Source: Gemmatimonadales bacterium
GTDB lineage: Bacteria; Gemmatimonadota; Gemmatimonadetes; Gemmatimonadales; GWC2-71-9
Length of the DNA stretch: 64,000 nt
Assembly: GCA_039794085.1 (NCBI GenBank)
Contig: JBDIWC010000017.1
Location: forward strand, 10,586-74,585
Direction: 5' to 3'
Under the pieces are notes generated by a model. That model did no database searches. It was not told where the DNA came from and worked only from the letters and a program-made list of their open reading frames with translations. A program made the translations under genes and the position numbers. This document shows positions 10,791-19,759 of the stretch, one piece after another. Every line of letters starts with the position of its first letter. The first letter of the stretch is position 1.

Positions 10791-11957
10791 TCAGGGGCGG
10801 ATGCTGACGCCGACGGTCAGGATCGTGGCGTTCTCGGTGAAGGCCGACCCCTGGGTGCGGCGGATCCGTTCGACCGAAACGTCCACGCCCCCCCGGTCTC
10901 CGCTGAAGCGGAACCCGGTGCCCAGGGACACTCCGAACTCCGACGGCCGGTCTCCCGAGGTGATGGGGAAGGGAAGGGTGCCATACCGGACCCCGGCCCG
11001 GAGGGGACGATGACCGGGGCGGGACCGGGAGGTGAGGAACTCGACGCCACCCGACACCTCGTAGGTGTTGAGCGCCCCGAGGCCGCCCTGCTCGATGATG
11101 TCGGCGTTGGCCACCGACCAGCTCCGCCAGGTGGATTGCCCCACCACGGTCACTCGGCGGTTGACGGTCCACATCGCCCCGGCGGAGAGGGTGGTGGGCA
11201 GGTCGGTGCTTCCGATGCGGGTCGAATCCTGGTCGAGACGGACCTTTTCGTCGGTCCGTGCCATGCCCGCGATGGTCAGGCCGGGCAGCACCTGGGCCAT
11301 GACCCCGACCGAGATCCCGAGCCCGCCGAAGGTCACGTCGGTGCGCTGGATCGATTGGGCGAAGGAACTGTCGCCGAAGGTCCGCCTCGACTCGAGCTTC
11401 ACCGATCCCGTGATTCCATGGAGCCCGAGGCCGACGAAGAGCCGGTCGTGGAGACGGGCCCCGAAGCCGAGCCGGATGTCGCTGAGGCCGCCGCGACTGA
11501 ACAGCGTGTCGTTCACGCTCACCGGGCTGCCCCCGATGGAGATCGTGTCGGCGCTCGCCAGAGCGAAGCTCCGGTCGGTGTAGGCACCCACGGTCAGGCC
11601 CAGGCCAAATCGTCGTGACCGGCCCACGGGGCCCGCCACGAAGATCTGCGGAAACCGGTTGTCCTGGGCCGAGGCCTCGCCACTCGGATTTTCCGAGGTG
11701 CGCCAGTTCTGGGCCCCGGTGAAAGAAGCCGTGAGGACCCCCAGGTTGGCGAGCGTGGCGGGGTTCATCGCCGACTCGCTGTCGAACAGGCCAAACGCCC
11801 CGCCCATCGCGAAGGAGCGCGCCGACAAGGCCCGGCCCGGAAGGCCCAGCCCCCGTACCCCGAACTGGCTGCTCTGCCCGGCCAGGCCGGTCCCGGAGAC
11901 GGAGAGGAGGGATACGACCCCCCCGAACACCAGGAGCGCGCGGAGGCGGGGGTTCAT
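10791..11957 (-). CDS. Exported, probable outer-membrane beta-barrel protein
   Basis: Signal peptide, SARSFAMGGA...NPA motif reminiscent of FadL/PorV-like barrels, amphipathic beta strands. Confidence 0.6.
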   Translation of the reverse strand: MNPRLRALLVFGGVVSLLSVSGTGLAGQSSQFGVRGLGLPGRALSARSFAMGGAFGLFDSESAMNPATLANLGVLTASFTGAQNWRTSENPSGEASAQDNRFPQIFVAGPVGRSRRFGLGLTVGAYTDRSFALASADTISIGGSPVSVNDTLFSRGGLSDIRLGFGARLHDRLFVGLGLHGITGSVKLESRRTFGDSSFAQSIQRTDVTFGGLGISVGVMAQVLPGLTIAGMARTDEKVRLDQDSTRIGSTDLPTTLSAGAMWTVNRRVTVVGQSTWRSWSVANADIIEQGGLGALNTYEVSGGVEFLTSRSRPGHRPLRAGVRYGTLPFPITSGDRPSEFGVSLGTGFRFSGDRGGVDVSVERIRRTQGSAFTENATILTVGVSIRP

Positions 11958-13156
11958 GGTTGCTCCGGATTGGCGGGCAGGACGTACGTGATGCGCAACC
12001 GTGGCCCGCCCCCGCTTCGGGTGGACCGGAACCGGAGCTGGTTGAAGGTCGCGGCTTCGGGAGCGAGGGCAAGGACAAACCCTTGGGGGATGTTTCCTCC
12101 CCGCCATCCCCGCACGATTTGGAGAACGTCAAGCACCACCGGACTGGTGACCCCCGCCTCCAGGGGTGTCCGAGCCACCGGGGACGCGCTCGCCACCGAT
12201 TTGCCCCCGAGGTCGGCCACCAGTCCCCGGGCTTCGATCGTTCCGGGATCGCCCACCAGGCCGCGCACCGGCAGGGCGGGGTCGAGCTCCAGGAGGGCCC
12301 GCACGACGCTGGCCGTGTCCCGGATGAAGGGTGGGATGCTGTACCGCAGCACGGTCCGGGCCGACGGCACGCCGCCCAACACCAGAGTGTCGCCCATCTC
12401 CTCGGTGTCTGGATTCTCCAGAACAAAGCCGCCTCCCAGGGTCTGGTTCTGGAAGAAGGTGGTGTCGTTGGTCTCCGTCCCCCGGACAAAGAGGACGAGG
12501 AGCGGCCCCAGTCCCGTGGTGGTGCGCGGGCTCTCCAGTCTCACGCCGGCCGGCCCGTCCGCATGGGTCTGGAATCCGATGGTGATGAATCCGCTGTCCT
12601 CCGGGGCCGGCCGGAGCCGCGAGAGGGGGAGGGAGTCCGTCAGCAGAAGCTGCAACGCCCCGACCCGGAGGGAATCGGGGATGGAAAGGCTGTCGATCAA
12701 TCGATCGGGGGTGAACAAGGCATCGATCTCGGGAAAGGTGATCGCGGAATCGATGAGCCCCGGCAGACGGTAATAGAGCAGCCGCAGGTTGCGCGAGGTG
12801 GTGTCGCGCCCCAGCAGATTGATGCTCATGGTGACCGAATCGAACGTGAACGGCTGCCGCTCCGGCCCGATGTCGAGCGTGTCACCGACCGGGGTGAAGA
12901 TCAGCCATCCCCGGGCATCTCCCGCGGGGAGTCCGTCGGACACCAGCAACCCGAGGCTCTGGAGGCCGGTGACGAATCCGCGGAAACTGCTGTCGGTCGC
13001 GAACGCCGGGGTGATCACCGTGTCGAACACGAGGGGGCTTCCGCCGGGGCAGAGGCCCGGACAATCTCCCGGTGTGGTGAGGTCTTCCTGGCAGGCGGTG
13101 AGGGCCACCAGGCCCGCCGTCACCCACAACGTCACCCGCGCCCTCCAACCCGTCAT
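11954..13156 (-). CDS. Hypothetical lipoprotein
   Basis: Signal peptide with lipobox LTAC; beta-rich; ATGA coupling to neighbours. Confidence 0.7.
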   Translation of the reverse strand: MTGWRARVTLWVTAGLVALTACQEDLTTPGDCPGLCPGGSPLVFDTVITPAFATDSSFRGFVTGLQSLGLLVSDGLPAGDARGWLIFTPVGDTLDIGPERQPFTFDSVTMSINLLGRDTTSRNLRLLYYRLPGLIDSAITFPEIDALFTPDRLIDSLSIPDSLRVGALQLLLTDSLPLSRLRPAPEDSGFITIGFQTHADGPAGVRLESPRTTTGLGPLLVLFVRGTETNDTTFFQNQTLGGGFVLENPDTEEMGDTLVLGGVPSARTVLRYSIPPFIRDTASVVRALLELDPALPVRGLVGDPGTIEARGLVADLGGKSVASASPVARTPLEAGVTSPVVLDVLQIVRGWRGGNIPQGFVLALAPEAATFNQLRFRSTRSGGGPRLRITYVLPANPEQP

Positions 13157-13542
13157 CTCAGCTGATCCCTCGTGAAGGCACGGGGGAGAAGCTCCCCCAA
13201 CGACCACTCCTGATGCGATGCGGGCCCCACCCCGTCCACCCGCAGATCGAGCCCGAATTCCGCCAGGACCTGCCGGCAGGCCCCGCACGGGGGTGCCGGG
13301 GGATCCCGGTCGGTGACCACCACGAGGCGGACATAGGACCGGGCACCCGCCGCCACCGCGGCGCCGACCGCGACCCGTTCCGCGCACATCGTGAGACCAA
13401 AGGACGCGTTCTCCACATTGCAGCCGACGAAGACCCTCCCATCGGTGGACTCCAGGGCCGCCCCGACCGGAAAGTGCGAATCGGGGGCATAGGCGTTGCG
13501 CTGAACCTCCCGAGCCGCCTCGACCAGGGGATCACTGCCCAT
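13153..13542 (-). CDS. cdd: Cytidine deaminase (homotetrameric type)
   Basis: [19 protein letters not shown] zinc motifs. Confidence 0.93.
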   Translation of the reverse strand: MGSDPLVEAAREVQRNAYAPDSHFPVGAALESTDGRVFVGCNVENASFGLTMCAERVAVGAAVAAGARSYVRLVVVTDRDPPAPPCGACRQVLAEFGLDLRVDGVGPASHQEWSLGELLPRAFTRDQLR

Positions 13543-14713
13543 CGAGCACCTCCGACAGAAAGGAGCGGCCACTCGCCAACGGGGCCGCCCCGAGGTATTC
13601 CGCCACCGTCTGGCCGATGTCGGCGAAGGTGGAACGTCGTCCCACGGAGACGCTCCGGACCCCCGGACCATGCACGAGCACCGGCACGACCTCCCGCGAA
13701 TGATCGGTGGACGGGGTGGTCGGGTCGTTGCCGTGGTCCGCCGTAAAGATAACCAGATCGTCCGTTCGGGACCGGCCCAGCAGGCGGGGAATCCACTCAT
13801 CGAGCTCGGCGAGCCCCCGGAGATAACCCGGCACGTCGTTCCGGTGGCCCCAGCTCTGATCGAACTCGATCACGTTGGCAAAGAGAAGTCCCCGCTTCAG
13901 CGTCTCCATACCTGCCTCGATCAGCTCGTACGCCTCGGCGTTGGTCGCGGTGTGCCGACTGGTGATCCCCCGGCCCGCGAAGAGGTCGTCCACCTTGCCC
14001 ACGCCGACCCGCGGAATCCCCGCGTCCTCCAGATGGTCGAGCAGGGTGGGCGCGGGTGGGGCCACGCTGAAGTCCTTCCGGTGCGCGGTGCGGTGCCACG
14101 AGCCGACGCCTCCCGTGAAGGGCCGGGCGATCACCCGGGACACCCCATGCTCACCCGTGAGCATCGCTCGGGCGTCGGCGCAGGCCCGATAGAGCTCCTC
14201 CAGGGGCACCACCTCCTCGTGGGCCGCGACCTGGAAGACGCTGTCCGCCGAGGTGTACACGATCCACGCCCCGGTCCGGACATGCTCCTCGCCGAACCGG
14301 TCGAGGATCGCCGTCCCCGAGGCCACCTGGTTGGAGAGCACCCCCCGCCCGGTGCGCCGGGCGAATTCGGCGATGACCTCCTCGGGAAACCCATGCGGAT
14401 AGGTGGGGAACGCCTGCTCGAGAATGAGACCGCAGAGTTCCCAATGCCCCGTCGTGCTGTCCTTCCCCGGGCTCTTGGGCTCGGCGATGCCGTGGGCGGC
14501 GTGTACCGGCGCGGAGGAGGAAAGTCCCCGAAGCTCGGCGATCCGCCCGAGTCCCAGGCCCTCCATGTGCGGCAAGGTGAGACCCGCCGGACCCGCTGCC
14601 CGCGCCACGTTCCCGAGGCTGTGGCTCCCGGTGTCGCCATAGGCCTCGGTATCGTGCGCGGGGCCGGCCCCCATGCCATCGAGCACGATCAGGGCGACCC
14701 GCCGCCGGTTCAT
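13532..14713 (-). CDS. deoB: Phosphopentomutase
   Basis: [39 protein letters not shown]. Confidence 0.95.
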   Translation of the reverse strand: MNRRRVALIVLDGMGAGPAHDTEAYGDTGSHSLGNVARAAGPAGLTLPHMEGLGLGRIAELRGLSSSAPVHAAHGIAEPKSPGKDSTTGHWELCGLILEQAFPTYPHGFPEEVIAEFARRTGRGVLSNQVASGTAILDRFGEEHVRTGAWIVYTSADSVFQVAAHEEVVPLEELYRACADARAMLTGEHGVSRVIARPFTGGVGSWHRTAHRKDFSVAPPAPTLLDHLEDAGIPRVGVGKVDDLFAGRGITSRHTATNAEAYELIEAGMETLKRGLLFANVIEFDQSWGHRNDVPGYLRGLAELDEWIPRLLGRSRTDDLVIFTADHGNDPTTPSTDHSREVVPVLVHGPGVRSVSVGRRSTFADIGQTVAEYLGAAPLASGRSFLSEVLDGQ

Positions 14714-14964
14714 CCGGTCCCACCCTGCTTCACGAAGTTGAACCGGAGGGTCGTGATGGCCTGGGTGAGCAGCGTCGCCTCATCGGGCTCGAGGTTCCCC
14801 TTCGTCTTCTGCTCCAGCATGCCAAGGGTGTCGATCAGCGACCGCGCGATCTCCTTCGAGTCGGTGGCTCCCGCTTCGGCCGCCCCGGGCGGGAGCGAGC
14901 CACGCAACGTCGACTCGGCCTGCTGCGCGAGCCCCAGAACGAGGGATGCAAAATGGGGATTCAT
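14710..14964 (-). CDS. DUF1844-family protein
   Basis: FASLVLGLA...ARSLIDTLGMLEQKTKGNL..DE..LL...LRFNFV. Confidence 0.85.
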   Translation of the reverse strand: MNPHFASLVLGLAQQAESTLRGSLPPGAAEAGATDSKEIARSLIDTLGMLEQKTKGNLEPDEATLLTQAITTLRFNFVKQGGTG

Positions 14965-16058
14965 GGAGCCTCCACGGGTCGCCGGACGACCCGCGGGCCG
15001 ATCCGGGTGAGAAGTTCATAGGAGATGGTGCCGGCCGCCCGGGCCTGGGTGTCGAGGGAGACACCCCCGCTTCCACCCCAGATCGTGACCACGTCCCCCC
15101 GGCGTGCCGCGACATCGGTCAGATCCACCATGGTGAAGTCCATCGCGACTGTGCCCACGATCGGAACGAGGGTCCGGTGGACCTCGACCCGGCCCACGTT
15201 GCCCAGGGCCCGCGGCAACCCGTCGGCATAGCCCGCGGCGATGGTGCCGAGACGGGTCGGGCGGGTGGCCGTCCAGGTCGCATCATAGCTCACCGTGTCG
15301 CCTGGCGAGAGCGTCCGGATCGACACGATCGGGGCCCGGAAGGCCGCCACCGGTTCCCCCGTGGCCTCCGCCACCGCTCCACCATAGAGAAAGATACCGG
15401 GCCGGACAAGATCCTCCTCCCGATCCGGGAGGGCCCGCACGGCGTCGGCGCTGCTGGCCAGGTGGACCAACGGAGGCCGCCGGCCGATCGTCTCCACCAC
15501 CGCGGCGAGGCGCCGTCGCTGGAGGGTGACGGATGCGGGGTCCTGGTCGGGCGAGTGAAAGTGAGTGCAGATCCCCTCCCACGCGGAGGTCTCCGCGAGC
15601 CGGGAGGCGCAGTGCGCCAGCGCGTCCCGATCGTTCCACCGGATTCCGCATCGGGAGAGACCGGTATCGATTTCGAGATGGAAGGGACGGTTGGTGGGGA
15701 GCCAGGCCTCGAGACTCTCCACGTCCCCGAGCACGGGGCGGAGGTCGTGGGCCAAACAGAGATCGCGTTCCCGCGGGTCGAACGCCGAAAAGACCAGCAG
15801 GGGCCGCGCGATTCCCGCCGCGCGAAGCGTCGCCCCCTCGGCGGGGAGGGCGAGCCCGTAGCCCCACGGATCGATCGATTCGAGGGCATGGGCGACGGCC
15901 AAGGCTCCCAAACCGTAGGCGTCGGCCTTGAGCATCGGCAGGAGGGGACGCACCGCCCGGGACCGCACCAGCCGGGCGTTTCGAACCAGGGCCCCGAGGT
16001 CGAGATCGACCCAGGCGTGGGAAAATGGAGAAGGGGGAATGGGATGCTCGATTGACAT
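14961..16058 (-). CDS. alr: Alanine racemase
   Basis: AWVDLDLGAL, KADAYGLG (PLP Lys), EIDTGLSR, GYADG, TISYELLT; start ATG 16058 inferred. Confidence 0.92.
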   Translation of the reverse strand: MSIEHPIPPSPFSHAWVDLDLGALVRNARLVRSRAVRPLLPMLKADAYGLGALAVAHALESIDPWGYGLALPAEGATLRAAGIARPLLVFSAFDPRERDLCLAHDLRPVLGDVESLEAWLPTNRPFHLEIDTGLSRCGIRWNDRDALAHCASRLAETSAWEGICTHFHSPDQDPASVTLQRRRLAAVVETIGRRPPLVHLASSADAVRALPDREEDLVRPGIFLYGGAVAEATGEPVAAFRAPIVSIRTLSPGDTVSYDATWTATRPTRLGTIAAGYADGLPRALGNVGRVEVHRTLVPIVGTVAMDFTMVDLTDVAARRGDVVTIWGGSGGVSLDTQARAAGTISYELLTRIGPRVVRRPVEAP

Positions 16059-16079
16059 GGCCAACGCGGCGGGTAGAAT
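16052..16079 (+). promoter_or_regulatory. sigma70-like promoter for mazG
   Basis: TTGACA (16052-57), 16 nt, TAGAAT (16074-79); GGAGG before ATG 16098. Confidence 0.6.
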
Positions 16080-16097
16080 ACGCCGCCGGGAGGGTAA

Positions 16098-16886
16098 ATG
16101 CAAGAAAAATCTGCGCTTGAGCGCGCGATGGCGATGGTGGCGGACCTGCGGGAGCGCTGCCCCTGGGACCGGGCCCAGTCCCGGGAAACGCTCCGCCCCT
16201 ATCTGCTGGAAGAAGCCCACGAGCTGGCCCACGCCATGGGGACGGGAGACGTGGACGCGATCCGGGCCGAGGTGAGTGATCTTCTGCTCCACCTCGCGTG
16301 GCAGCTCGTGCTGGCGGAAGAGGAGAAGGAGTTCACACCGGATGATGTGGCCACCGACCTCGAACAGAAGATGCGGCGCCGGCACCCTCACCTCTTCGAT
16401 CTTGGCCCCCGCGAGTCATGGACCGCGCTCAAGCGTCGGGAACGGCGGGAATCGGAGGGACTGCTCGACGGTCTCCCTCCCACCCTGCCGGAACTCCTGA
16501 TGGCGTACCGGCTGCAGGAGCGAGCGGCCGGTGTGGGGTTCGACTGGCCCGACACCGTGGGTCCGGCGGAGAAGGTGCGGGAGGAACTGGCGGAGGTGGA
16601 GGCCGAGCTCGATGCGCGGGCAGGTCATGTGGTGGGAGACGGTACCGCCACCGCTTCCGGGGCGCTGGAGGAGGAGATCGGGGATCTGCTCTTCGCGGTG
16701 ATCAATCTCTCGCGGAAGGCGGGAGTGTTTCCCTCCTTCGCCCTCGAGAAGGCGAACACCAAGTTTCGGGAACGATTCCGGGCGCTGGAGCTACTGGCGG
16801 AAGAGCGGGGGATCGAGGTGCACGCCTCGGACCTGGCGGCGCTGGACCGGCTGTGGAATGAGGTGAAAGTAGGGAGTAGGAAGTAG
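16098..16886 (+). CDS. mazG: Nucleoside triphosphate pyrophosphohydrolase MazG
   Basis: LRERCPWDR.Q, LLEEAHE, RRHPH, GFDW, EEEIGDLLF tandem MazG domains. Confidence 0.94.
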   Translation: MQEKSALERAMAMVADLRERCPWDRAQSRETLRPYLLEEAHELAHAMGTGDVDAIRAEVSDLLLHLAWQLVLAEEEKEFTPDDVATDLEQKMRRRHPHLFDLGPRESWTALKRRERRESEGLLDGLPPTLPELLMAYRLQERAAGVGFDWPDTVGPAEKVREELAEVEAELDARAGHVVGDGTATASGALEEEIGDLLFAVINLSRKAGVFPSFALEKANTKFRERFRALELLAEERGIEVHASDLAALDRLWNEVKVGSRK

Positions 16887-16902
16887 GGAATAGGGTGTAG
16901 GG
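16868..16902 (+). repeat. Heptamer array (AGTAGGG)x5, overlapping the mazG stop
   Basis: agtaggg agtagga agtaggg aataggg tgtaggg. Confidence 0.85.
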
Positions 16903-17078
16903 GCGACGCATACGTCGCCCGTGCCCCAGGTGGGAACGAACAAGCGATAGGCGGTTGTCGGGGCGAATTACATTCGCCCATCCGAATCACGTTCGTTCCT
17001 CCGGACGTCATCCCGAGCGAAGCGAGGGATCTGTGAACTCCGTCGGTGTACTTCCCGTCGTCCGGATTGCGACGACGG
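16897..17078. repeat. Cluster of REP-like palindromes
   Basis: GTAG-GGGCGACG-cata-CGTCGCCC (16897-16920); GTCG-GGGCGAAT-tac-ATTCGCCC (16957-79); GTCATCCCGAGCGAAGCGAGGGATCT (17007-32); further hairpin ~17055-78. Confidence 0.75.
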
Positions 17079-17136
17079 TCGACGAGGCCGCCTTGCGTCG
17101 CCATTGCGGCCACCTTACGCGGGGACTATCATTCGG

Positions 17137-17202
17137 CCCACTCCCCACTCCCCACTCCCCACTCCCCACTCCCCACTCCCCACTCCCCACTCCCCACTCC
17201 CC
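17137..17202 (+). repeat. Heptamer array (CCCCACT)x9
   Basis: Perfect 7-nt periodicity read directly. Confidence 0.95.
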
Positions 17203-17220
17203 AAACCAGGAGCGACACCG

Positions 17221-18480
17221 ATGCGCCTGCTCCCTCGCCCCCGCCGACCGGCACCCCTGGCCGCCCTCGCGACCCTCGCCGCCTTGCTCTCAACTGGTTG
17301 TGACAGCGGCGGTGGCGGCCATGCGCTCGCCGTGCCGGTGTACGACACGCTTCCGGGCGGGATTCCCCGGGTGATGAGTCCCGGCCCGACGCGATGGGAG
17401 GGGGAGACGGGGTGGCAGCTCGATCTGGTCCAGGAGTTCCGGGGGGAGGAGGGAGAGCCCTCGGAACTGGTCAACCCCCAGAGCCTCGCCGTCGATGACA
17501 GCGGGCGCGTCTACGTGGTGGACCAGAAGCCGGCTGTCATCAAGGTCTACGACCCGGCGGGAGCTTTCCTCCGGACCATCGGAGGGGAGGGCCGGGGGCC
17601 CGGCGAGTTCGAGGCGGGTTACATCGCGTTGTACGAGGGGCGGATCGTCCTGAACGATCCTCAGCTGGCTCGCACCTCGGTGTGGGACACCGCGGGAGCC
17701 TTCGTCACGTCCTGGCCCTCCGCCTGCTGCAATTACGCCGACATTCACGTGGACCGGGAGGGTCGCATCTCCGTTCCGGCATTACTCCAGAGTCCTTCGG
17801 CGGAGGGGCCAGCGGGAGCACCCTTTTGGATCCGCTGGTCGATTCAGGGTGCACTGATCGATACTGTCTGGATGCCGGTGCGACAGAACGAAGCCTCACC
17901 GTGGACAGTGGTGACCAGAGCCGGGGGTCGCGACGTGGGCCAGATGACTGTGACAGTCCCCCTTCGGGCCCAGATCATCACCGGATTCGATCCGGCTGGT
18001 GGCTTTCTCTTGGGCTGGTCGGATGAGTACCAGGTTGCCCTCGCACCAAATGGGAGAGATACCGCCGAGGTATTCGGACGCACGTGGCATCCGGTCCCGA
18101 TCAGCTCGGAACGACGCCAGGCCGTTGTGGAGGACATGGTTCAGAGGTTCAGCCAGAACATGGACGAAGACCTGCTCCGCCGTTCGTTCACCCCCGACGC
18201 GATCCCCGCGACCGCGCCGGCCTTCACCGCCCTGTACGTCGACCGTGACGGGTACCGGTGGGTCCGTCTCGATCCGGGGCTGGACTCGACCGTGACCCGC
18301 TTCGATATCTTCGACCCCGACGGAGTGCTCCTCGGCGCGGTGGCTGTGCGCCCGGCCCTTCCCCAGTATGGGCGCCTGGCCTTCGGGAGGGGGGAGCTCC
18401 TGACGATCGGAACATCAGAGGAGGGCTACCCCGTCATCCGGCGGTACCGGGTGCGTCGCGAGGTGGCCGGTGGGCGGTGA
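17221..18480 (+). CDS. 6-bladed beta-propeller (NHL-like) lipoprotein
   Basis: AGGAG before ATG 17221; lipobox STGC; PQSLAVDDSGRVYVVD, IGGEGRGPGEF, FDIFDPDGVLLG. Confidence 0.8.
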   Translation: MRLLPRPRRPAPLAALATLAALLSTGCDSGGGGHALAVPVYDTLPGGIPRVMSPGPTRWEGETGWQLDLVQEFRGEEGEPSELVNPQSLAVDDSGRVYVVDQKPAVIKVYDPAGAFLRTIGGEGRGPGEFEAGYIALYEGRIVLNDPQLARTSVWDTAGAFVTSWPSACCNYADIHVDREGRISVPALLQSPSAEGPAGAPFWIRWSIQGALIDTVWMPVRQNEASPWTVVTRAGGRDVGQMTVTVPLRAQIITGFDPAGGFLLGWSDEYQVALAPNGRDTAEVFGRTWHPVPISSERRQAVVEDMVQRFSQNMDEDLLRRSFTPDAIPATAPAFTALYVDRDGYRWVRLDPGLDSTVTRFDIFDPDGVLLGAVAVRPALPQYGRLAFGRGELLTIGTSEEGYPVIRRYRVRREVAGGR

Positions 18481-18492
18481 AGGGAGGGGAAA

Positions 18493-18659
18493 AGGACGTA
18501 GGACGCAGGACGTAGGACATAGGACGTAGGACATAGGACGTAGGACATAGGACGTAGGACATAGGACATAGGACATAGGACATAGGACATAGGACATAGG
18601 ACATAGGACGTAGGACATGGAACACAGTGCTTCCTGCTGTCCTAGGTCCTAGGTCCCAT
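18493..18659. repeat. Heptamer array (AGGACRT)x18 followed by inverted (GTCCTAG)x3
   Basis: 18 units 18493-18618, ~20-nt spacer, near-complementary units 18639-18659. Confidence 0.95.
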
Positions 18660-18665
18660 ACTCTT

Positions 18666-18697
18666 TATAATAGCATATACCATATGTTATCACATAT
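18666..18697 (+). promoter_or_regulatory. AT-rich promoter/operator of Phd-VapC
   Basis: TATAAT 18666-71; palindrome CATAT-acc-ATATG 18674-86; third CATAT at 18693. Confidence 0.5.
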
Positions 18698-18730
18698 CAT
18701 TACCCCATAACCGACCCCCCGGAGGACACC

Positions 18731-19006
18731 ATGCTGAGGCAGATCAGCACCCTCACCCTGCGAAAACACCTCGGCACCGTGCTCGACCAGGTGGCCGAGG
18801 GCGAGCCGGTCCTGGTCACGCGGGGGGAGCAACCCCTCGTGGTGCTCGTGGCCCCCGAACGCTATGAGGAGCTGACGGCGGGGCGGGAGGACCGGCTCCG
18901 CCGAGCCGCCGATCGGGTCGCGGAGTGGCGCCGGGAGTATCGCATCGCCGCCACGGGGGCCGACCCCGTGGCTCTGGTGCGCGCCGACCGGGGCCGGGTC
19001 AAATGA
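18731..19006 (+). CDS. Phd/YefM-family antitoxin
   Basis: ISTLTLRKHLGTVLDQVAEGEPVLVTRGEQPLVVLV; GGAGG RBS. Confidence 0.88.
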   Translation: MLRQISTLTLRKHLGTVLDQVAEGEPVLVTRGEQPLVVLVAPERYEELTAGREDRLRRAADRVAEWRREYRIAATGADPVALVRADRGRVK

Positions 19007-19407
19007 TCCGGGTGGTGGATGCCTCGGTGGTGCTCTCCTGGCTCCTCCACGATCCGCCCCCCGCCCGGGCCCTCCAGATACTGGAAGAGCACATCACGGG
19101 AGAGATCACGGCGGTGGGGCCGGAACTCCTTCAGTACGAGGTGGCCAACGTGCTGGCCTGCGGCGCGGGGCTTCCCGCCGCAGGGGCCCGCGCCGGCCAC
19201 GAGAGATTCCGGGCCTTGGAGGTCGATACCTTGGCGCTCGGAACCGGCGAATACGAGACGGCGCTGTCGCTGGCCCTGAAGTTCCGCATCACCGTGTACG
19301 ACGCCTCCTACCTGGCCCTGGCCCGGTCGCTTGGCGTCCGGGTGGCCACGGCGGACCGCAAACTGGCACGACGGGTGGCCCGCCTCGACCTGGTCGACGT
19401 GGTGTAA
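19003..19407 (+). CDS. vapC: VapC-family PIN-domain toxin
   Basis: VVDASVVL.W, YEVANVL, ITVYDASYLALA, TADRKL; ATGA overlap with antitoxin. Confidence 0.9.
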   Translation: MIRVVDASVVLSWLLHDPPPARALQILEEHITGEITAVGPELLQYEVANVLACGAGLPAAGARAGHERFRALEVDTLALGTGEYETALSLALKFRITVYDASYLALARSLGVRVATADRKLARRVARLDLVDVV

Positions 19408-19466
19408 ACCACTCCCTACTCCATAAGCCGGCAGAGCCGGAACCAAAGAGGGGCCTCGGGGTCGCG

Positions 19467-19599
19467 TGGTTTTCCCGGGGCTTTCGCCCCGGGCTCGGCG
19501 GCGAGAGGCCGTTCACACGGCCGGGTGTTCGTCTGGGCTGCCGGTGGCGTGAGCCACCTCCCCTGGCCGAGCAAGGGGCGTCAGCCCCGGGAAAAACCA
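19467..19599. repeat. ~130-bp long inverted-repeat (REP doublet-like) element
   Basis: TGGTTTTCCCGGGGCtttcGCCCC...GGGGCgtcaGCCCCGGGAAAAACCA; ~57-nt imperfect arms with internal hairpins. Confidence 0.75.
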
Positions 19600-19759
19600 A
19601 TCGCCTGGTCACGGCTCGCTCCGCGACCCGAAGGCACACAAGTTGGATATATTCCGAACCGCCGTCAAACGCAGTACCGGCGCTGGTTCCCGGGCGTCGC
19701 CCGAAATATTGTTGCCGTTTTGCGTTCAATCCTGTCCGTAAGGGACTACTCCCCACTCC

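Noticed and set aside
16868..16902. Telomere-like repeat
   Set aside because: Resemblance to TTTAGGG is superficial; internal location and no telomere machinery.
18493..18618. CRISPR array
   Set aside because: 7-nt tandem units without unique spacers; no cas genes in the window.
18415..18625. Small ORFs with MSYVLCP repeats (and PTPHSPL repeats at 17.1 kb)
   Set aside because: Simple translations of the heptamer arrays; no RBS or other coding evidence.
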